This document shows, piece after piece, positions 37,167-50,845 of a stretch of DNA of 64,000 bases. The stretch lies in contig NC_135917.1 in assembly GCF_964194155.1 (NCBI RefSeq), positions 1,116,001 through 1,180,000 of the forward strand. The letters run 5' to 3'. The notes under the pieces are model-generated. The model was not told the DNA's origin, searched no databases, and saw only the letters and a list, made by a program, of their open reading frames with translations. The DNA is from Cetorhinus maximus. Lineage: Eukaryota. A program made the position numbers and the translations under genes. Numbering within the stretch: position 1 is the first letter of the stretch; the number at the start of each line of letters is the position of its first letter.

Positions 37167-40100
37167 ATGGTAACCCCTAGGATGTTGATCATGGGGGATT
37201 CAGCAATGATAATGCCATTGAATGTCAAGGGGAGACGGTTAGATTTTCTCTTCTTGGAGATGGTCATTGCCTGGCACTTGTGTGGTGTGAATGTTACTTG
37301 CCACTTGTCAGCCCAAGTCTGGATATTGTCCAGGTCTTGCTACATTTGGACAGGGACTGCTTCAGTATCTTCGGAGTCACGAATGGTGCTGAACATTAAA
37401 CAACTCACCGGAGGAGGAGGCTTCACAAATATCCCCATCCTCAATTATGGAGGAGCCCAGCACATCAGTGGAAAAGACAAAGCTGAAGCATTTGCAACCA
37501 TCTTCAGCCAGAAGTGCCAAGTTGATGATCCATCTCAGCCTCCTCTTGAGGTCCTCAGCATCACAGTCTTCAGCCAATTCGATTCACTCTATGTGTTATC
37601 AAGAAATGGCTGAAGGCAAAGACTATGGGCCCTCAACATCTTGGCAATAGTACTGAAGATTTGTGCTCCAGAACTAGCCTGGCCCCTAGCTGAGTTGTTT
37701 CAGTTCAGCTACAACACTGGCAACTACCCAGCAATGTGGAAAGTTGCCCAGCTATATCCTGTGCACAAAAAAGCAGGGGAAATCCAACCTGGCCAATTAC
37801 AACCCCATCAGTCTACTCTCAATCATCAGCCGAGTGGTGAAAAGTGCCGTCGACAGTGCTTTCAAGTGGCACTTGCTTAGCAATACCCTGCTCACTGATG
37901 CTCAGTTCGGGTTCCGCCAGGGATACTCAGCTTCTGACCTCATTACAGCCTTGGTCCAACATGGACAAAAGAGCTGAACTCCAGAGGTGAGGTGAGAGTG
38001 ACTACCCTTGACATCAAGGCAGCATTTGACCAAGTGTGGCATCAAGAAGCCCTAGCAAAACTGGAGTCATTGGGAATCAGAGGGAAAACTCTCCACTGGT
38101 TGGAGTTATACCTAGCACAAAGGAAGCTGGTTGTGGTTGATGGAGGACAATCATCTCAGTCACGGGATATCGCTGCAGGAGTTCCTCAGGGTAGTGTCCT
38201 CGGCCCAACTGTCTTCAGCTGCTTCATCGATGACCTTCCTTCCATCATAAGGTCAGAGTGGGGATGTTTGCTGCTGATTGCACGATGTTCAGCACCATTT
38301 GCGACTCCTCAGATACTGAAGCAGTCCATGTCCAAATGCAGCAAGACCTGGACAATATCCAGGCTTGGGCTGACAAGTGGCAAGTAACATTCATGCCACA
38401 CAAGTGCCAGGCAGTGACCATCTCCAATAAGAGAGAATCCAACCATCGCCCCTTGACATTCAATGGCATTACCATCACTGAATCCCCCACTATCAATGTC
38501 CTGGGGGTTACCATTGACCAGAAACTGAACTGGACCAGCCATATAAATACTGTGGCTACAAGAGCAAGTTAGAGGCTAGGAATTCTGCAGCATGTAACTC
38601 ACCTCCTGACTCCCCAAAGCCTGTCCACCATCTTCAAAGCACAAGTCAGGAGTGTGAGGGAATACTCTCCACTTGCCTGGATGAGCATTCCCCTCCCAGC
38701 CACTCACCAACCTGACTTGGAAATATATTGCCGTTCCTTCTCTGTCGCTGGGTCAAAATCCTGGAACTTCCTCCCCCTAACAGCACTGTTGGTGTACCTA
38801 CACCACATGGACTGCAGCGGTTCAAGAAGGCAGCTCACCACCACCTTCTCACGGGCATTTAGAGATGGGCAATAAGAATACAAGAAATAGGAACAGGAGT
38901 AGACCATTCGGCCCCTCAAGCCTGCTCCGCCATTCAATAAGATCATGGCTGATCTGCCCCAGGCCTCAACTCCTCTTTCGTGCCAGCTCCTCATAGCTGC
39001 CAACTCCCTGATATTTCTTAAATGCTGACCAAGCCAGCAACACCCGCATACCATAAATGAATTTTTAAAAAATGTCCATCGCCATTCAAGACTGGATGTG
39101 GCAGGACTACAGAGCTTGAATCTGATCCGTTGGTTGTGGGATCACTTAGCTTTGTCTGTCGTATGCTGCTTAGCACGCAAGTAGTCCTGTGTTGTTGCTT
39201 CACCAGGTTGACGCCTCACTTTTAGGTATGCCTGGTGCTGCTCCTGGCATGCCCTCCTGCACTCTTCATTAAACCAGGGTTGATCCCCTGGCCTGATGGT
39301 AATGGTAGAGTGGGGGATATGCTGGGCCAAGAGGTTACAGATTGTGTTCGAGTACAATTCTCCTGCTGCTGATGGCCCACAGCACCTCATGGATGCCCAG
39401 ATTTGTTCAAAATCTATCCCAATTAGCACGGTTGTAGTGCCACACAACACGATGGATGGTATCCTCAATGTGAAGACGGGACTTTGTCTCCACAAGGACT
39501 GTGCAGTGGTAAATCCTACCGATATTGTCATGGACAGATGCATCTGCAACAGGTAGATGGGTGAGGGCGAGGTCAAGTAGGTTTTTGCCTCTTGTTGGTT
39601 CCCTCGCCACTAGTTGCAGACCCAGTCGAACAGCCATGTGCTTTAGGACTCGGCCAACTCAGTCAGTAGTGGTGCCACTGAGCCACTCTTGGTAATGGAC
39701 ATTGAAGTCCCCCACCCAGAGTACATTCTGTGCCCTTGCCACCCTCAGTGCTTCTTCCAAGTGGTGTTCAACATGTAGGAGTACTGATTCATCAGCTGAG
39801 GGGGAGGGGGGTGCGGCGGGGACAGGGTGTAGGTGGTAAACAGCAGGAAGCTTCTTGGGATCTGGGGCCTGTATTCAGGGCTCCGGGGCCTGTATTCAGG
39901 GCTCCCAGGGCAACTCCCACCTGACTGTATACCACTGTGCCACCACCTCTGGCAGGTCTGTCCTGCCGGTGAGACAGGACATACCCAGGGATGGTGATGT
40001 CTGGGACATAGTCATACTCATAGAATCATACCTTACAGACAATGTCAGGCTGTTACTTGACTAGTCTGAGAGAGAGCTCTCCCAATTTTGGTACAAGCCC

Positions 40101-40470
40101 CCAGATGTTAGCAAGGAGGGCTGGCAGGGCTGGGTGTGCTGTTTTTGTTTCCAGTGCAAATGTTGATGCGGGTGGTTCATCTGGTTTCATTCCTTATTGA
40201 TTTTTCTGTAGCGGTTTGATAGAACTGAGTGGCTTACTAGGCCATTTCAGAAGGCATTTAAGAATCAGCCACATTGTTGTGGGTCGGGAGTCACATGTAC
40301 GACAACTGTTTCACGGTCACCAATAGAGTAGCTTTTAATTCCAGATTTATTAATTGAATCCAAATTCCACCAGCTGCCATTGTGGGATTTGAACCAGTGT
40401 CCCCAGAACATTTGCCTGGCCTCTGAATTGCTTGTCCAGGGACATTACCACTACGTCACTGTCTCCTCCT
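37167..40470. mobile_element. Decayed, rearranged CR1-type LINE (endonuclease and reverse transcriptase relics) with a V-SINE-like head, in CYP27B1 intron 1
   Basis: RT motifs on + (NYNPISLLSII, QFGFRQG, LDIKAAFDQVWH, GVPQGSVLGP, MFAADC). Endonuclease-region relics on - (PTRGKNLLDL, QPWFNEECRRA). Many stops and frameshifts. Confidence 0.88.
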
Positions 40471-41765
40471 GAAAATGTCGGTTCATCCAGGATTGGATGT
40501 CAGATAAGCAGTCTGACAACCTAGTGGCAGTAGAGAACTGTCCACTATTTGCCATCGTCTCACAGGCAAGTGATGTGACAATGTGATTTGCATCATGTGT
40601 TTGACAACTTTACTTTTAAATTTAGAAAAGACTTTTCCCGTGTAAATTCATTTAACTTTGCACAATGAGTAATCCTGTGCTCCTGGGTCATAATCACAGA
40701 GTCATTTGCATAAGAAATGGTGAGATCAGCTCCACTTCATCCACAATCATAGAATCAGACATACCAGGGCAATAAAATCATACACAAGAGTTGCACTTAA
40801 ACACCACCTTCTTGGGTCACAAAAACATCTAGAAGCAATTCACACAATGCATTACTTGCATAATTTCAAAATTATGATGTGTTTTGGTAGAATAGACTTT
40901 TTTCCACTGGTAGGAGGGTCAGTAACCAGAGGACACAGATTTGAGACAATTGGCAAAAATCTAGAGTGGAGATGCATTTTTTTTTACAGAGTGAGTTGTT
41001 GTGACCTGGAATGTGCTGCCTTAAAGGGTGGTGGTAACAGAAGCAATAATAACTTTCAAAAAGGAATTAGATATATTCTTGAAAAAGGAAATATTTGCAG
41101 GGCTATGGGAAAAGAGCAGGGTCTTGGGGTAAATTGCATTGTTCTTTCAAAGAGCTAGCACAGGTTCAGGGGGCCAAATAACCTTCTGTGTTACATGATT
41201 TTAAGAGCACAGCGACTGTTATATAGGCTTAGGGAAGAGATTGCTATTCCCTTGTGTTATGCAGCACTATGATCTGGAAACTTCGGCCAAGACCGAGATG
41301 TCATGTAGGAAGGCACAGAAAGATTCTTAAATTCAGTCACTTACTGACTTTTAAAAAATGTCCCTAAGAACAAGCTGTAATGATAGATATTCAAATAGAC
41401 ATTAGTAAAAAAACTTTTTTTAAAATGAACTGTCATGTTTATCAAAAACTAAGATTGCTGCCATTGATTGAGTCACATTTCTGCCTCCATTCAACTTTAA
41501 AACAGATGGAATTATGTACACGAATCCCCATCCTTTATACAGTACCTCTCCATCCGAATTTCAATGTCATAGTATGACTGCAGTTCCGAAGAAGTCATAC
41601 TGGACTCGAAACATTAACTGTTTCTCTCTCCACAGATGCCAGACCTGCTGACTTTTTCCAGCACCTTTTGTTTTTATTTCATTGTACGACTGTTCAGTCC
41701 TGGATCTACAATAAGATTCCAGATTTAAAAATGTTTTACTGCAGAATTTCACACATTGTCCTTAC

Positions 41766-41972
41766 CTGAAGCTCATGCAACCTAGCCAGCCCTTTATTAA
41801 AGAACAGGTCATACGCAAACTGTACAGCGCTAGGACCCGGCATCTCAGCCACAGTTCTCAAGCTCTTTGTCTTCTGCTTCTTGTACAAGGTACTTTTCAC
41901 CATTTCTGCAACATACCTGCAATATGCAGGGAATCGGTTGACCACCTTTAGGACTAATGACATTGCAATCAT
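41766..41972 (-). CDS. CYP27B1: CYP27B1 exon 1 (mitochondrial presequence-like N-terminus)
   Basis: 207 nt to a GTAAG donor. MIAMSLVLKVVNRF...EMPGPSAVQFAYDLFFNKGLARLHELQ. The start could alternatively be the ATG at 41963. All nine exons join in frame (1521 nt). Confidence 0.93.
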
Positions 41973-42009
41973 CTGGTAAATAAAGCAATAATCCTCACCT
42001 TCATTCTGA

Positions 42010-42135
42010 TGTCTTTATATTGCTACAACGCTGGCTGCTCAATTGGCGGCGGAGAAAGGTCTCTTGACTGACAGCATGTTTGACCAATCAAGGGTTGAGT
42101 ATGAGATTAATATTCTGTCAAGCCAATCAGAAGTG
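42010..42135 (-). promoter_or_regulatory. Candidate CYP27B1 core promoter
   Basis: TATAAA at 42019-42014 and CCAAT at 42046-42042 on -. Reverse CCAAT boxes near 42084 and 42123. Confidence 0.6.
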
Positions 42136-44127
42136 TCAAACAGGTTTGGTTGATCTGAACAACTTGCTAGATATTTAAAGGGACACTGAAGGAATCGAAG
42201 CAACGATCCTAGGGCGAAGTGGTGGGCTCTGTTGCAAGATCAATGGGGTCAAGGAAATGTATATTGGAAATAACATAGCAGAGAAAAGAAAACCTGAAAT
42301 GTGTGCATTTTATGTGTTTTTTTAAATTTAAGAATAAAAGACAAAAGAAATAGCATCCAAAAATTGTTTTCACAAGGTTTTTTTGGTTGTAAGGGGGGAG
42401 AAAAGTCAGGCCAAAATAAAAGTAATCTGTGAACCGCAATGTACTTAATTTCCGGAGATGACACAAAGCAACAGGCAAAAGTCCCAAATACAAAACACAC
42501 TTTGGGTCGAGGAGTAATGGTTGACAGGTCTGTGTTAAACTTCTGGTCAATATAATGAATATATTTAAACAATGGTACCTCTATCTTAATCATAGTTAGG
42601 TGTACAGTTTTCAATTTCACCCAGACTTGGTCATATCGTGTTTTACAAGAAACGTTCTCACTTACAAATTTAGAAACCGTTGATCATTCCCCACTACCCC
42701 ATTAGGACGCACCAGCGTCAAACGGGGAAATCCCTCCAGCAGTTTAATACAACGAGGACGCAGATATTTGACTAGCTGCTCATTGGGGACATGGCATTTC
42801 CTTGCTTGAAGTTAGCGGCAGCTAAATTTAAAAGAGAGTCAAGTCATACTGTGACTTCTTTAAAAAAAAGGTAAAGACAGAAAGAAATATTAAGCTGGCC
42901 AAATTTCAAGAAACTGTAAAGTGGAATTACAGCTTTAATTCGGAAGTCGATCAGAAAGACAGCAGGCAGTAAAACGATAACTGGAAATATGTGAGCCGGA
43001 TCAACAGATCTAAAGGATATTTAGAGACCTCGAAATAAAACTCTTAATAAGGGGTGTATATTTTAATAAACACCTTATCAGCGTTTCGACCTTTCTCATC
43101 CTGCAGTGATTTGCTACTGATGGCCGTCATGTTCAGCTGAACAGGGTACACAAAAGCAATAGCAGCGTTAGGGCAATGCGACAAATGGAAAACTACAAGA
43201 TGAATGCATTCGATTGCACAGGGTCTTGCAACATGCAGCGGGATAGTGTCCTACGGGAGTAGTACACACATTACAACAGAACCATTTTCGGTAACACCCT
43301 GTACCTGATTTCCTCAGTAAATGAAGATAGTGTACTTTTTTCTAAATGATCCCACGTTTTGAAAGTTCAAATTTCATCACTTTTTTTGGGGGGGCGGGGG
43401 TGGTGTTCGAGGAAGAGGGCACAGACGGCACATTTCTGTAGCCTTCCATAATAAGGATGGATCAGGTGCAGAGCAAAAAGTGGCTATATGGAGCAAAGGC
43501 AGGAAAATGGAGTTGTGGTGCAGTTCAGCCACAATCTAATTAAATGGTGGAGCAGGCCTGAGGGGAGTGTCTGTTTTTAGTGATGTTGATTGATGGATAA
43601 ATATTGGATGGATAACTCCACTGTTCTTCAAACAGTGCCATGGGATTTTTACATCCATCTGAAAGGGCAGGCAGGGCCTTGGTTTTACATCTCATCTGAA
43701 AGACGGCACTTCCAACGATGCAGTGCTCCCTCAGTACTCCACTGGAGTGCCAGCTTAGATTTAGTGCTCAAATCTCTGGCATGGCACCTAAATGCATGAC
43801 CTTCTCATTCAGATGAATGCATTATCCACTGAACCACAGCTACATTTCTAGGCTTATGTTCCCATAAGTCCCATATTGAAGATGTGTTTTTCAAAAAAAA
43901 ACTTTAGTTGAAAGAATGGAATGGAATACAGTCCTAGCACTGACATGTTTGAAATCTATTTCACATACTCACTGTGTTACCCATGGCTTTCCCTAAAATT
44001 ATTTTGTGTTATAATATTCCTTTGTTAGGTAAAGATGTAATTAAGACCATGAGACATAGGAGCAGAAGTAGGCCTTTCCGCTGATTGAGTCTGCTCCGCT
44101 ATTCAAATTATCATTTGTAATATAGAA

Positions 44128-44630
44128 TGTGAAGGCATTAGAGAGGGTGCAGAAAGGATTCATGAGAATGGTTCCAGAGATGAAGAGCTTCAGTCAAGTG
44201 GATAGATTGGAGAAGCTGGGGCTGTTCTCCTTGCAGAAGAGAAGATTAAGAGGAGATTTGATAGAGGCGTTCAAAATCTTGAGGGGTCTGGACAGAGTAG
44301 ATAGGGAGAAACTGTTCCTGTTGGTGGAAGGTTCGGGTACCAGAGGACACCTAATCACTTTTAAGGCAATTGGCAAAAGAACCAAAGGTGACACGTAGAA
44401 AATGTTTTTAAGCAGCAAGTGGTTAGGATCCAGAATGCATGGCCTGAATGTGTAGTGATGGCAGGTTCAATTGTGGCTTTCAAGAATTGGATAATTATCT
44501 GTAGAGAAAAAAATTTGCAGGGCTATGGGGAAAAGATGGGATGAGTAGGACTCAGTGAGTTGTTCTTGCAGTCAGTCAACACAGACATGACAGGATGAAT
44601 GGCCCCCTTCTATGCTGTTAACATTATATG
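44128..44630 (+). mobile_element. CR1 LINE 3' fragment (second CR1 family)
   Basis: LERVQKGFMRMVPEM...LGLFSLQKRRLRGDLIEAFKIL is the typical CR1 ORF2 C-terminus. Related pieces at 24655-25115, 40890-41200, 53855-54235 and 57655-57820. Confidence 0.85.
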
Positions 44631-47600
44631 ATTATTTTTGTGCAAAAATATACTGGAAACTCAATTATACTTATGAACTTTAATGATAACATGACTGTGC
44701 TTATTCCACTATATGCACACCAGATTGATAAATCTTTGTTGCTGCCCAGGTTTAACCACATTTCTGTATTTAAAGCTGCTACCCTTTAAACTTGTTAAAT
44801 CAACTGTTGCTAAATAGAATGTGCAGTTCAGTAATATTAATGACAAGACATTGACAAAACCCATTCCAATCAGAAAGCCTGGCCGTATGCAATTTTTTAA
44901 CCAATTCACTACCCAAGTTATTTGCCCTAAATACACACAAGTGATTTAGTAACACCATCTTTGCAGAGTGTATGTTGAAGGTCATAAATGTATCTTTGTA
45001 TGTATTTACAGTCATTCTACTGTTAGAAATGGGTAGACAGATCAAGCCAAAAAACCCAGTAGTCCTTGTTTTAGTACTTTGTACTTATTCATATCTCAAC
45101 ATGTTTAATTGTTCTCACCTGGGCAGATAGCCAGGGCCATGCTTTTCATCTGTGTTTTGTTTTATGTTTACACAACCCATCAAAATCAATAGATGTCAAT
45201 CCTGCACTGTAAATCGATGACAAAACAGGTCAAACCATTGAAAATGCTGAAATCCCAAAAAAAAAGGATTCTCTTTTACAACAATTTTACTGATCTATAT
45301 AAATACTTCCAAATATTCTTGACTCCAGCCCCAAAACCCACTGAGAACTCTGTGCTCCCCAATTCAGTCATTTTGTCCATCCCTGATTTTCTTCACTCCA
45401 CCACTGGTGGCCATACCTCCAGCTGCCTGGGCCCTAAACTCTGGAATTCCCTCCCCCAAGTCTCTCAACCTCTCTCTCCTCCTTTAAGAACCTCCTTAAA
45501 ACTTACCTCTTTCTGTCCTACTATCTCTTTATGTGGCTTGTGTCAAATATTTGTCTGATGATGCTCCTGTGAAGCACCTTAAACTGCTGTTTAGTCAAAG
45601 CACTTTGCAATGGAAGATGCTGGTCAGTTTCAAGCTCTAGCTAAGGAGGACACAGCATTTTAATATCATACATTAAGACATCTCCATGTAGGGACAGGGC
45701 CATGATTTGTAATCTATTCGAGAAAGGCTCTACAATTATTCACAGTAGATGGGAAAGGAAGGTTTTAAGAGCAGGTTGCAAATTTGAATCAATTTTAAAT
45801 GCACAATGTTGAAATATACGGAGAAGGCTACTTCAGCTTATTTGAGTGTCACCTTATATGAGTCTAGAAATACCCAGTAAACACAGGCATGTTTTTCAAT
45901 GGCCCCATACACAAGGCATCATTTTATTACACCAAAAGCAACTGTATTTTCAGAGTGGTCAAAATGAAGAACACTTACAGAATACACACTGAACCCCTGA
46001 TGAACATAAACCTGCCATTTTAAAAATTTTGAATGGATGAATAAGGACATGATTATAAAATGCAAAGTGACAGTAGCTTCCCAACTTGAGTATATAGACA
46101 AGAATGAACAAAAATGGGGCTAACAGAGTTTCTGCTAAACCAGAGCAGATTCCAGAGATTCACTTTTAAACACACTCTATCATTTGTATGAAAGCATATG
46201 ACTGACCTGCAAAACTCACCCTACCCAGAGAGAAAAAAAATGTATCTGATTGATTCCAACATATTCTGGGTCAAAAGTTTTAAATGCTTTATATGTATTT
46301 GGCTCTTTACAGCCCTAACTCACATGGTGACCTTTTCAGTTAATTATTGCCTTTCTTTTACAAGCCGTGTGTTGTAAATACGGACCTTCTCCCCTGAAAA
46401 TACAGCAGCTTTGATGCAAATAGTCAAAGGTTCTGTGTCTGAGACAGAATGGTACACTTAACTTGGTCTGTAACTGGTGTCAAAGTATGTTTGACCTAGT
46501 GCAATCCAACTCATTATCAAAGTCTATAGAAACAATGCGGGATGTAATCTTTTGATCAGGTTGTTAGTGGTGTTACATTGAACCTGGGACCTGTTGTGGG
46601 ACAACTCCAATATCCATGTAGGCAATGAACCAGTCTGGTATTAGTGCCTACTGACACCCTGATTACTGAAAACCTGGTGATATTGTATAAAGTTCCAGTC
46701 AATGGCAAATGCAAATGAACATGGATTTTGCCCATTTTTTAAAAAAGAATGTAATTTCTTGGGAATGGAAATAGGAGAATTAAAAATATTTGGGAAATGG
46801 AAGTGTGCATTTCAGAACGCTGTGTTGCATGTATCAGTTCCAGCAACCCACCATTTAAAATAAAAATATCTTTTCATAGGATAGTTAGATAGGAATAATG
46901 AATACATACCTCTTCAAAAGGAAAGGATCGAAATAGTCTGTTTTCATTACAACTTGGATTAAGCTCCAAGGTTGTATTGGTCAAAAATGAAACCAGGATA
47001 ATTTTAATTTAGTAAGTAGTTGCCCCGACTGACCACAGTCAACCAGCCAATTTTAATATTATTTTTGGCTATGGAATGAAACTAAAAGTAAAAAATAACC
47101 CAATGAACCAGCTTGAATTTATTTTAAAATGCCTTGTTATATCTGCAAGATATCCTAAAGTGCCACACATTCAAAGAATTACTTTTGAAATGTGGTCACT
47201 GTTTTGTATGGATTTGCAGGAGCCAAATTATTCACAGTAAGACCCTAAAAACAAAATAACTGGATGATCAGTTCATCCATTTTTGGTGGCCATTGTTGAG
47301 GGACCAGGACACTGGGAGAATTCTCTGAATGGAGGATATTTATTTAAATTAAAATAAAGGGGTTATATATCATTTCATCTGCAAGAGGGAACCTCCAACA
47401 GTGCAGCACTTCCTCAGTACTGCACTGGAGTGCCAGCCGAGATTATGAGCTCAAGTCTCTGAAGTGGGACTTGAACCCATAATCTAGTGACTCAGAGGTG
47501 AGTGCTACCAACTGAGGTAAGATGACACTCAAGGTATTAAGCAACCAAAAGAAGTTATTTAGATTAATAACATAGCATTCAGCCTGCTTGATAAATCCTC

Positions 47601-48199
47601 TTTGGTATGAAGACAGGCAGGCAGACTTGCATTTCTATAGTACCTTTCACAGCCTCAGGAAACCCCAAAGCCTGTGATGTATTTTTTGAAGTGTTGTCAC
47701 TGTTGTAATGTAGGTAGTAGTTTAAGAAGCTATGGGTATAAGCACGCGTCTCGGAAGTGACAATTCTCAATTGCAGCAAGAATAAACAGCAGTCACAGTG
47801 AAGACTTGTGATATACAAATTTGTTCAGTGGAATTTCCTATACTGGCTAATAGTTCACAATGCTATATTCCTAATTTCATGCTCTAGATAATCTTAAAAA
47901 TAAACATCTGTAAAATACCACTAGGAAACAGATCTTCAAACCCTTTACTTATATTGTCGATAGGCCAAAATACCTACCCACCATGCAAGAATGAATACTT
48001 GTCAACACTTGCCATGTATTTGAAGGTTGCAGTTGAGGTTATTTTCAAGTTTATTTATATATTTTTTAACCACGTGTGGCACTCTAGCTTCAATGAAGTT
48101 GCGGCAGCCATAAGAGAGTGGGTCCAGTGTGTTCCAATTGAGCCAGGTACCTTCCAATCGTCACTTGCCTCTGTAAAGTCAAATCAAGGAGTACTTCTC

Positions 48200-48346
48200 T
48201 CAGGACCTTTCCTCTTCGATTTTCAGCCTATGTTTTTTATCCTCAACTCGTTGGAACACTGCAGTAAAATTCTGTCCTCCATTCCTTAAAACTTTTTTAC
48301 CTTCTTCTGTGCAGACACCAAGACGGTCAATGATGATGTCATCCTT
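48200..48346 (-). CDS. METTL1: METTL1 exon 6 (last coding exon)
   Basis: AG at 48348-48347. KDDIIIDRLGVCTEEGKKVLRNGGQNFTAVFQRVEDKKHRLKIEEERS*, containing the TEEGKKVLRNGG motif. Confidence 0.93.
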   Translation of the reverse strand, partial: KDDIIIDRLGVCTEEGKKVLRNGGQNFTAVFQRVEDKKHRLKIEEERS

Positions 48347-49627
48347 CTGGTTCAAATAAATAAAATAGGGATCAGAAAAGCATCCTCCATTTCTATCAAA
48401 AGAAGCCTCCCACTCTACCCACAGCCAAAAGGGAATGCTCAACCACCTCACCGACCTATACTGAACTAGAAGGTGCATTAACAGTAGCGTAGGGACAACT
48501 CTCATTTTTCCATGTGGGAAAAATCCTATCCTCCAAACAGAGTAAAGGATCACAAAATAACAGACTATTTTGCAACAAGGAAATAGGAGAAGAGAAGGGG
48601 GTCTGAGGAAAGCCCCATAGCCTGAGATGAGGCAGTCAGGAAGCACATAAATCAGTGACTTCAAACTGAAACTAAATTATCAATTTGGCATTTTTTTTTA
48701 ATTCATTCATGGGATGTGGGCATCAGTGGCTAGGCCAGCACTTATTGCCCATCTCTAATTGCCCTTGTTCAGAGGGCATTTAAGAGTCAACCACATGTAG
48801 GCCAGACCAGGTAAGGATGGCAGAGTTCCTTCCTACCAGATGGGTTTTTACGACAATCAGCAATGGTTTTGTGGTCATCATCAGACTTTTAATTCCAGAT
48901 TTTTATTTTTAATTTCCAGATTCAAATTTCACCATCTGCCGTGGTGGGATTTGAACCCAGGTCCCCAGAGCATTACCCAGGGTCTCTGGATTACTAGTCT
49001 AGTGACAATACCACAATGCCACTGCCTCCTCATTAAAAGATTTCCAGCTCAATGAGCTCATTCCAGAATCATTTCGCTCTTTTAAAAAAGACCCAAGCTG
49101 GTACAAGACACGACCAGTTCAAAATGTTCATGCCAATTTTCTCCTTGATCAAATCTGTTGATTCCTTTGCTGGGATAGGGTCCATGGGCTTTGGTTGCCA
49201 GCTGAAATCTTGTCCACATAGCTCAGTGTCCCTGGGCTACGGCGGGGAATATAAAGCCCAGCTGGATTTTTGGGTGGAAAGCCGGAAAGTGCACTTAAGT
49301 GAACATCAGGCAAGGACGGGATCGGGGGCTAGCAAAGTTAGAGAGACTGCAGAAATTCACTGTTCAGTTTCAAATGTGAAGAACAGCAAGTCGGAAGAGA
49401 CGTCAAAGGACCACCAATGCCCATGGAACTGTAGCCTGGAAAAGTTAGTATGTAAAGAAGAGAACATTGACAAAATAACTGATGCACAAAGGATTCTGAA
49501 TACATATGCCTTGCATTTATATAACACTTTTCACAGCCACCAGATATCTCAAAGTGTTTTACAGCCAATGAAGTACTTTTGAAATATAGTCACTGTTGTA
49601 CAATTCAGGTTTGTGTTGTAATGTCTA

Positions 49628-49753
<126 letters not shown>

Positions 49754-50256
49754 CTAAGGAGAAAAAATGCAAATATATAGTTAAAACATCAGGAAAATGG
49801 CCCTTATTACCCAAAAAGCACTATTACTTCATAAAACTAAGCATGGGTATAGTTCTGCGCATATAACTATGTTTGCAGTACAGTCTAGATTTTTAAAAAT
49901 TCTTTGATGGGATGTGGACACTGCTGATAAGGCCAACATTTGTTGCCCATCCCTAATTGCCCTTAAACTGAGTTGCTTGCTAGGCCATTTCAGAAGGCAG
50001 TTAAGAGTCAACCACATTTCTGTGGGTCTGGAGTCACATGTAGGCCAGACTGGGTAAAGATGGCAGATTTCCTTCCCTAAAGAACATTAGTGAACCAGAT
50101 GGGTTTTTACAACAATCAATGATAGTTTCATGGTCACCATTACTGAAACTAGCTTTCAATTTCAGATTTTATTAACTGAATTTAAATTCCACCAGCTGCT
50201 ATGGTGGGATTTGAATCCATGTTCTTAGAGCATTGGCCAAGGTCTCAAGATTACTA

Positions 50257-50559
<303 letters not shown>

Positions 50560-50660
50560 TTAAACAATAATGATTAAACAATTAAGAGGATTCTGAAATT
50601 TTCAGCACAAGAGTTCTAGTATGCTGGGATTACAGTCATCGAATAAACCAGTCACTGTAC

Positions 50661-50845
50661 CTGCCCTTTTTTGAAGAAGTTTGGTAAATACTTCATGGCA
50701 TTGCTTCTGATGCAAGCGATGTTTTGGTACTTTCCTGGGTTGGAAGCTCTTAGGGAATTGATGCGATCTATGACATAGTCGGATACCTTTACTCTGATTT
50801 CTAGACCCAAAATCAATGAATTGGGAAAGAGAGCAGATAACTCAA
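50661..50845 (-). CDS. METTL1: METTL1 exon 3
   Basis: 185 nt, AG/GT. (V)[24 protein letters not shown]...[21 protein letters not shown]. Confidence 0.97.

Noticed and set aside
37395-38875. Functional reverse transcriptase or retron-like system
   Set aside because: This is an ordinary CR1 ORF2 relic with multiple stops, frameshifts and a degenerate catalytic motif (FAAD).
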